From contig JAJYXW010000123.1 of NCBI GenBank assembly GCA_021801525.1, forward strand, positions 1,766 through 65,765: DNA of 64,000 nucleotides, in the 5' to 3' direction. Position 1 is the first letter of the stretch. Each line of letters begins with the position of its first letter. Both the position numbers and the translations under genes were made by a program. This stretch comes from Actinomycetes bacterium (GTDB lineage: Bacteria; Actinomycetota; Acidimicrobiia; Acidimicrobiales; JAJYXR01). The notes beneath the pieces are model-generated. The model was given only the letters and a program-made list of their open reading frames with translations, did not search any database and was not told the origin of the DNA. Positions 60,692 through 64,000 of this stretch are shown here, piece by piece.

Positions 60692-62039
60692 AGCTGGCCG
60701 GAAGAGCACGACGCCCGGGGCGCCGCCCCGCAGCCTTTTCGATGCCGCCGCTGCAGCGAGGCTGGCCGAGAGCGCCCCTCTGGCAGCGCGTTCGAGGCCC
60801 CGGAGCCTGGACGAGGTGGTCGGCCAGCGGCACCTGCTCGCGCCGGGAGCACCGCTTCGCCGCTTGATCGAGGCCGACCGCCTCCCCACCTCGGTCTTCC
60901 ACGGCCCGCCCGGTACCGGCAAGACAACAGTCGCCCGGTCGGCTGCCCTCACGACGGGCAAGACCTTCGTGCAGCTTTCCGCGCCGTCGGCAGGGGTGGC
61001 CGAGGTGAGATCTGTGCTCGATGCGGCGCAGAGGCGCTTGGGGGAGGAGGGCACGGGCACGATCCTCTTCCTCGACGAGCTCCATCGCTTCAGCCGCTCC
61101 CAGCAGGACAGCCTCCTCGGGCCGGTAGAGGAGGGCCTAGTAGTGCTGGTAGGCGCTACCGCGGAGAACCCCTGGTTCGCGCTGAGCCCTCCGCTTGCGA
61201 GCCGGGCATCGTTGTGGCGCTTCGAACCCCTCGCCGACGAGGAGGTGGAGGAGCTCTCGAGGCGAGGGCTCGACCTGCTCGGCGCAGAGGCGGAGGACGG
61301 CGCGCTCGCCGCCCTGGCCAGTTCCGTCGGCGGGGACGCCCGCGCGGCGCTGGGCACGCTCGAGGTGGCGGTGGCCCTCTCGGGGGGCCGTAGGGTCGGC
61401 ATTGCACAGGTCTCGGCGGCCAGAGACAGGCGCCTGCTACTGCAAGGGGGCGATGCTCATTACGACCAGGCGAGCGCCCTCATCAAGTCGGTGCGCGGCT
61501 CGGACCCGGACGCGGGTCTCTACTGGCTCGTGCGGATGCTCCAAGGCGGGGAGGACCCCCGCTTCATCGCCCGCCGGTTGGTCATCCTGGCGAGCGAGGA
61601 CGTCGGCCTGGCCGACCCGGGGGCCCTTGCTATAGCAGTGGCATCGGCTCGCGCTGTGGAGATATGCGGCATGCCCGAGGCAGAGCTGAACCTCGCCGAG
61701 GCGGTCGTCTACCTAGCAGCAGCGCCGAAGTCCAACAGCGTTACTGCCGCGCTCGCGAGGGCACGCCGGGCGGTTGCCTCCGGAGCGCGCTCGGATGTGC
61801 CCGGTCACCTGCGCGATCCCCGGTCGGGCGGGGGAGCGAGCGAACAGGCCGCCGCGGCTTACCGCTATCCCCACGACGACCCGAGGGGATACGTGGAGCA
61901 GGACTACCTGCCGGTGGGCGTACGTGGGGAGACCTACTACGTGCCAAGTTCCCACGGTGCTGAACGGGAGCTGGCCTTGCGGCTCGAGCACCTGAAGCGG
62001 GGGGACGAGCCCGAGGTTGAGGTGCACGGGCACGGCTAA
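60681..62039 (+). CDS. rarA: replication-associated recombination protein A (AAA+ ATPase)
   Basis: PLAARSRPRSLDEVVGQRHLL...HGPPGTGKTTVAR...LFLDELHRF...DAHYDQASALIKSVRGSDPDA. The GTG start lies 11 nt inside the aspS end. Confidence 0.82.
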   Translation: MATEAGRKSTTPGAPPRSLFDAAAAARLAESAPLAARSRPRSLDEVVGQRHLLAPGAPLRRLIEADRLPTSVFHGPPGTGKTTVARSAALTTGKTFVQLSAPSAGVAEVRSVLDAAQRRLGEEGTGTILFLDELHRFSRSQQDSLLGPVEEGLVVLVGATAENPWFALSPPLASRASLWRFEPLADEEVEELSRRGLDLLGAEAEDGALAALASSVGGDARAALGTLEVAVALSGGRRVGIAQVSAARDRRLLLQGGDAHYDQASALIKSVRGSDPDAGLYWLVRMLQGGEDPRFIARRLVILASEDVGLADPGALAIAVASARAVEICGMPEAELNLAEAVVYLAAAPKSNSVTAALARARRAVASGARSDVPGHLRDPRSGGGASEQAAAAYRYPHDDPRGYVEQDYLPVGVRGETYYVPSSHGAERELALRLEHLKRGDEPEVEVHGHG

Positions 62040-62049
62040 CCTTGTAGCG

Positions 62050-64000
62050 GTGCACAGAGCCTCTCGGGCGCCAAGGGCGTCGCGCCGCACCCAGTGGCCG
62101 GTGCCAGCTCGCTTTCTCGCCCTGGTGGCGGTATTCCTCCTTGCCGGCGAGCTAGCCAGCTTGCCGACCGGATCCAAGCAGGGCAGGGCCCCAGGCGCAT
62201 CGATGGCCTATGCGCGTGCATCAGGCGCCTCGGTAGCCGATGCGCGTTATCCCGGCGCCTCCATGGCGCAGGCGGCGGAGGTCCCGATCCCGGGGTCCGC
62301 AGCGCCAATACCGCCGGACGCGAGGGCGCTCGGTCCGTTGCCTGCGAGGACAGGTCTGCACCTGGACGTGGTGCTGCGCTCGCGGAACCCTGCCCAGCTT
62401 GCCTCTTTCGCCCAAGCGGTGTCCACGCCGGCCTCGCCGCTCTATCGGCATTTCCTCGCGCGGGGGGCCTTCGAGGCCCGTTTCGGACCGACCCAGGCCA
62501 CCATCGTGTCCGTACGGGCATGGCTGAGAGAAGGGGGCCTGGCTCCGGGGGTGACGAGCGCGAACGGGCTGATCGTTCCCGTGAGGGCGAGCATCGCTCA
62601 GGCGGAGCGCATGTTCGGCGTGCGCATCGAGGGCTATCGGATGCCCTCGGGGAGGCTTGCATTCTCCCCGGAGGGCTCCACCCATCTCCCTCGAAACCTC
62701 ACCGGCGGGGTCGTTGCGGTGCTCGGCCTCTCGAGCATCGCGAGACCCCACGCTCTGGCCGTTCCTCGGGGGGGGCCGGCAGCGCTGGCAGCGCCGGGCC
62801 ACGCTCTCGCCTCGGCTCGGGCCGAGCAGGTGACCGGAGGCGTCCTGCGAGCACACCAGGCGGGCCCGCAGGCGTGTCCCCAGGCGGCAGCAGTGGCATC
62901 CGAGACGAGCTCGTACACGGCAACGCAGCTCGCTCAGGCGTACTCGTTCGCACCGCTGTACTCGCAGGGAAGGCTTGGAGCAGGCGTAACCGTCGCCGTC
63001 TACGAGCTGGAGCCCTACCTGGCTTCGGACGTCGCCGCGTACCAGTCGTGCTTCGGGACCTCGGCCAGCGTGAGCAACGTCCTGGTCGACGGAGGTCCTG
63101 GGCAGGGGGCGGGAACCGGGGAGGCTGCGCTCGACGTGGAGACAGTCGCAGGGCTCGCTCCTATGGCCCACATTCTCGTCTACGAGGGTCCTGACACCAC
63201 CAGCCAGGCTGCCCTCGACGTCTACAACCAGATAGCGGTGGACGACCAGGCCCAGGTCGTGTCCACGAGCTGGGGGCTCTGCGAGGCGCAGCTCGGCACG
63301 GGCACGATCAACGCGGAGGCGCAGATATTCCAGCAGATGGCAGCACAGGGCCAGAGCGTCGTGGCGGCTGCCGGGGACTCAGGCTCCGAGGACTGCTACG
63401 CGCCTCCCCAGTCGAGCGACGCAGCACTGGCCGTGGACGATCCGGGGAGCCAGCCCTGGGTCACCTCGGCCGGTGGGACTTCGCTCACCTCGATCGGGCC
63501 GCCGCCTTCCGAGACGGTCTGGGACGACTCCAAGGGAGCAGGCGGGGGCGGCGTGTCGTCCGTGTGGACCATGCCGTCATGGCAGGCGGGTCCAGGTGTG
63601 ACGAACGCGTACTCCACGGGTGCTCCCTGCGGCGCGCCATCTGGCTCCTATTGCCGTGAGGTGCCCGATGTCTCGGCGTCGGCCGACCCCATGCATGGCT
63701 CGGTGGTGTACCACGCCGGCGGCTGGACGGTGATCGGGGGCACGAGCGATGCGGCGCCGCTGTGGGCCGCCCTCCTCGCGCTTAGCGACAGCGGCTGCTT
63801 CACCCCGGGGGAGGGACCCGGGAACGTCGTCGGCATGGCAAACCCCGCCATCTACGAGCTCGGTTCTGGCTCCGATCCGCCGTTCAACGCGGTGACGAGC
63901 GGAGAGAACCAGTTCGTCGTGCCCGATCCGGCTCCGCCGGCCTCCTACCCGCCCGGACCGTACTTCCCTGCGGGAACCGGCTACTCCATGGCGGCCGGAT
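62050..64000 (+). CDS. S53 (sedolisin/kumamolisin-type) serine peptidase with pro-domain, N-terminal signal/anchor (3' end runs off window)
   Basis: Manual translation in the frame of GTG 62050 gives a pro-kumamolisin-like activation domain (LHLDVVLRSRNPAQLASFAQAVSTPASPLYRHFL), then GEAALDVE...AAAGDSGSEDC...IGGTSDAAPLWAAL. There is no stop before the window end, so the ORF is absent from the track. Confidence 0.75.
   Translation, partial: MHRASRAPRASRRTQWPVPARFLALVAVFLLAGELASLPTGSKQGRAPGASMAYARASGASVADARYPGASMAQAAEVPIPGSAAPIPPDARALGPLPARTGLHLDVVLRSRNPAQLASFAQAVSTPASPLYRHFLARGAFEARFGPTQATIVSVRAWLREGGLAPGVTSANGLIVPVRASIAQAERMFGVRIEGYRMPSGRLAFSPEGSTHLPRNLTGGVVAVLGLSSIARPHALAVPRGGPAALAAPGHALASARAEQVTGGVLRAHQAGPQACPQAAAVASETSSYTATQLAQAYSFAPLYSQGRLGAGVTVAVYELEPYLASDVAAYQSCFGTSASVSNVLVDGGPGQGAGTGEAALDVETVAGLAPMAHILVYEGPDTTSQAALDVYNQIAVDDQAQVVSTSWGLCEAQLGTGTINAEAQIFQQMAAQGQSVVAAAGDSGSEDCYAPPQSSDAALAVDDPGSQPWVTSAGGTSLTSIGPPPSETVWDDSKGAGGGGVSSVWTMPSWQAGPGVTNAYSTGAPCGAPSGSYCREVPDVSASADPMHGSVVYHAGGWTVIGGTSDAAPLWAALLALSDSGCFTPGEGPGNVVGMANPAIYELGSGSDPPFNAVTSGENQFVVPDPAPPASYPPGPYFPAGTGYSMAAG

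Noticed and set aside
1-64000. tRNA, rRNA, tmRNA, prophage, integron, toxin-antitoxin or known defence-system genes.
   Set aside because: Intergenic regions are short and showed no cloverleaf-like or rRNA-like sequence. No integrase other than the IS607 recombinase was recognised, and no defence-associated domains were seen in any convincing ORF.

Overview
High-GC, actinobacterial-type chromosome segment, called from gene content and synteny only. No organism name can be proven from the sequence.

(1) 1-24.96 kb is a cobalamin biosynthesis supercluster in two divergent, tightly coupled operons. The minus-strand operon runs cobO-cobB-cobI-cobM-cbiD-cobL-cbiG/H-[IS]-ferredoxin-cobH-cbiX. The plus-strand operon runs cobU-cobS-cbiB-cobC/Q fusion-cobN-chlI/D-type chelatase, preceded by an MFS gene and a clear cobalamin riboswitch. 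The minus-strand operon is interrupted by an IS607-family element: a serine-recombinase TnpA plus a long, atypical TnpB-related protein that lacks the zinc-ribbon cysteines and the canonical third RuvC Asp.

(2) 25-50 kb is a conserved actinobacterial housekeeping block: fabI, npdG, mshC-like, thrS, HIT, pgsA-acyltransferase-pimA, M48 peptidase, pdxST, yebC, ruvCAB, yajC-secDF, relA and hisS. An inverted EF-G paralog sits inside it. A 164-nt long-hairpin repeat element sits inside the pgsA-pimA operon, and a 44-nt homolog of it lies in the cobO leader.

(3) 50-58.8 kb is an accessory surface-protein island between hisS and aspS. It holds a 1769-aa Kelch/FN3/Asp-box/unknown-repeat/DUF1906-like protein whose signal peptide is separated from a plausible promoter and GTG start by a G10 homopolymer (candidate phase switch). 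After it comes a lower-GC, about 1.07-kb tandem duplication (DUF1906-like tail plus DUF4232-like lipoprotein) containing a 124-nt near-identical tract.

(4) aspS, rarA and a partial S53 (sedolisin-type) peptidase close the window.

Two window-wide patterns stand out. Short tandem repeats with unit lengths that are multiples of 3 are unusually dense at gene termini. Four-nt start/stop overlaps (ATGA/GTGA) occur at most operon junctions. No rRNA, tRNA or CRISPR array was recognised.
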